Shown here piece by piece: positions 33,474-35,290 of a DNA stretch of 35,290 nucleotides. The DNA is taken from positions 180,885,315 through 180,920,604 of the forward strand of contig NC_068982.1 in the NCBI RefSeq assembly GCF_001194135.2, given 5' to 3'. A program made the position numbers and the translations under genes. The DNA comes from Octopus bimaculoides. Its lineage: Eukaryota. Numbering within the stretch: the first letter of the stretch is position 1; each line of letters opens with the position of its first letter. Under the pieces are notes generated by a model. It searched no databases, was not told the origin of the DNA, and saw only the letters and a program-made list of their open reading frames with translations.

Positions 33474-33518
<45 letters not shown>

Positions 33519-33532
33519 GCACGCACACACAC

Positions 33533-33706
33533 AGGCGCATACATATAGGAGTGGCTATGTGGTAAGAACTTGCATACCAACCACATAGTTTCAGGTTTAG
33601 TCCCACTACGCGGAACCTTGGGCAAGTATCTTCTGCTATAGCCTCGGGCCGACCAAAGCCATGTGAGTGGATTTCGTAGACGGAAACTGAAAGAAGCCCG
33701 TCGTAT
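33533..33706 (+). mobile_element. SINE family B 5' half (tRNA head plus CORE-like segment; OR-type octopus SINE by recollection)
   Basis: A-box TGGCTATGTGG 33552-33562, B-box GGTTTAGTCCC 33594-33604, ACCTTGGGCAAGT 33615-33627 (resembles the MIR/CORE start), then GACGGAAACTGAAAGAAGCCCGTCGTATA. Confidence 0.9.
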
Positions 33707-33709
33707 AAC

Positions 33710-34810
33710 GCACACATATACACACATATACACACACTTACATACACTGGCATAGACACACACGCAACAGAGTGACACACAAAGATAGGTACACGCACAC
33801 ACATTTATACAGTGAGAGTAACGAACGACACAATGACACAAAAATAAAAACACACACACACACCCATACATCTACACAAACGCACATTTCCACTCCGTCG
33901 ACGCACACATGCCAACGCACACACGCACACCACTGCCACCAGCCTCATCCATTCACACACCCTTCATACAACGTACACACACTCCAACTCACTCCTCTCT
34001 CCCTCTCACACACGTAAACATACACATGCACGCAGGCACACACACAAGCACAAGCACATGAACGCACATGAACGTTCGTGCACACAATACTCACTCAATA
34101 CACATACATGCAGACATATACATACACACACGTATATACATGCACACATACACACACGCATACACACACGGACGCACACAAACATGAACACACATATACC
34201 ACCATACACACGAAACACACACAAATCACAAAAAACACATAGACACACGTGCACGCCCGAACACACACGCACACACACTCACACGGACGCACACATACCT
34301 CCACACATACAGCACACAGCACACACATACATGCATACACATACACACACGTACGTACATATATAAATGCACGCACATACGTACACACACGTACATAGCG
34401 CACGCAAATACATACACGCATGCATACAGACACGCACACATACAAATACACACGTACATATACGCACACACACATACACACACGCACAAACACGCACGCA
34501 GGCACGCACGCCCAAAACTATGAACGCACACATATACCTCCACACACACAACCCACACATATATGCACACAGATGCATATACATAGGCACATACACGCAC
34601 ACACAAATACGTACATACCCTTCCATACCTGCTCACACGCACATGCACATACATGTCCAACACGCACTCACGAACACGCACATGCATATACGAGGAGAGA
34701 GAGAGAAAGAGAGAGAGAGAGGGAAAGAGAGAGAGAAAGAGAGATAGAAAGAGAGAGAGAGAAATAGAGAGAGATAGAGAGAGAAAGAGAGAGAGAGAGA
34801 CAAATAGAGA
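33710..34810. repeat. about 1 kb of degenerate (CA)n/(TACA)n followed by (GA)n
   Basis: Read directly. It is the source of all the His/Thr and Cys/Val ORFs here. Confidence 0.95.
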
Positions 34811-34845
34811 GTGACATAAGAAGAGTAGTACACACACATGCACCC

Positions 34846-35275
34846 AACCAGCTAGAGGAGATGTTCTCTGTGGGTAAAAAAAAATCGTTCGAACAGATAG
34901 CCATGTTAAAATGGCCACGATTTTTACTTGTCAGTATATCTACTGGGTTGATGTCTTTGAGAGATTTCATAACTAGAATTTTTGCTTGTTGCAAAATCAG
35001 CGACGTGGTATCCAGTACTGAGGAGTGGCAGAAATCGTCCGAATCCAGAAATAATACGCTGGTCCCGTCGCTAGGAGATATTAGGTGTTCGCTTCCCTGC
35101 TCGCAATTTTATCAGATGCAGCTGTGCATCGTTAACCAGCTAGAGATGTCCATTTGGGGTTTTAAAAAAGTGCTGTAGAGTCCGCTCGAACGGACACCTA
35201 TGTTAAAATGGCTACAAATATTGTCAGTACTGAGTTGATCTCTTAAAGAAATTTTAGAACTAATATTTTTGGTTA
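34846..35275. repeat. diverged direct repeat, 288-bp period
   Basis: AACCAGCTAGAG at 34846 and 35134, each followed by TCGAAC...ATGTTAAAATGGC...TTGTCAGTA...GTTGAT. Confidence 0.75.
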
Positions 35276-35290
35276 TGTGTTTATATATAT

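Noticed and set aside
33533-33610. tRNA gene
   Set aside because: A and B boxes are present, but the sequence continues into SINE body and I cannot fold a cloverleaf. It is a tRNA-derived SINE head.
33430-34994. Many His/Thr-rich and Cys/Val-rich ORFs up to 230 aa
   Set aside because: They are translations of (CA)n/(TG)n and (GA)n/(CT)n repeats.

Overview
AT-rich, repeat-dense eukaryotic DNA from a draft assembly with two N gaps, each flanked by (AT)n. It is most likely an Octopus genome, inferred from two tRNA-derived SINE families I recognise from octopods and from the microsatellite density. There is no intact long coding region and no gene I can name. The ORF-track hits are microsatellite translations, N-gap artefacts or decayed transposon frames. 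The solid content is: a 3'-complete but internally deleted CR1-like LINE (about 1945-3990, minus) and a second CR1 3' end; an internally deleted mariner with TIRs and a TA duplication (15729-16629); five fragments of R4/Dong-clade (restriction-like endonuclease) LINEs, four of them head-to-tail around a (TAA)n tract at about 21950-25450; an RTE-like 3' end with C2H2 motifs; about 11 units of SINE family A with two alternative 3' tails; three SINE family B pieces, one of which has a 3' tail that aligns gaplessly with the CR1 3' end; and several local tandem duplications. A few isolated exon-like segments and decayed coding-like frames are reported at low confidence. I did not find a convincing novel host-encoded system. 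The best leads are the retroelement relationships (SINE-LINE tail sharing, the R4 cluster, the SINE tail swap) and one minus-strand candidate exon. All family assignments come from motif recognition by eye, not from database searches.
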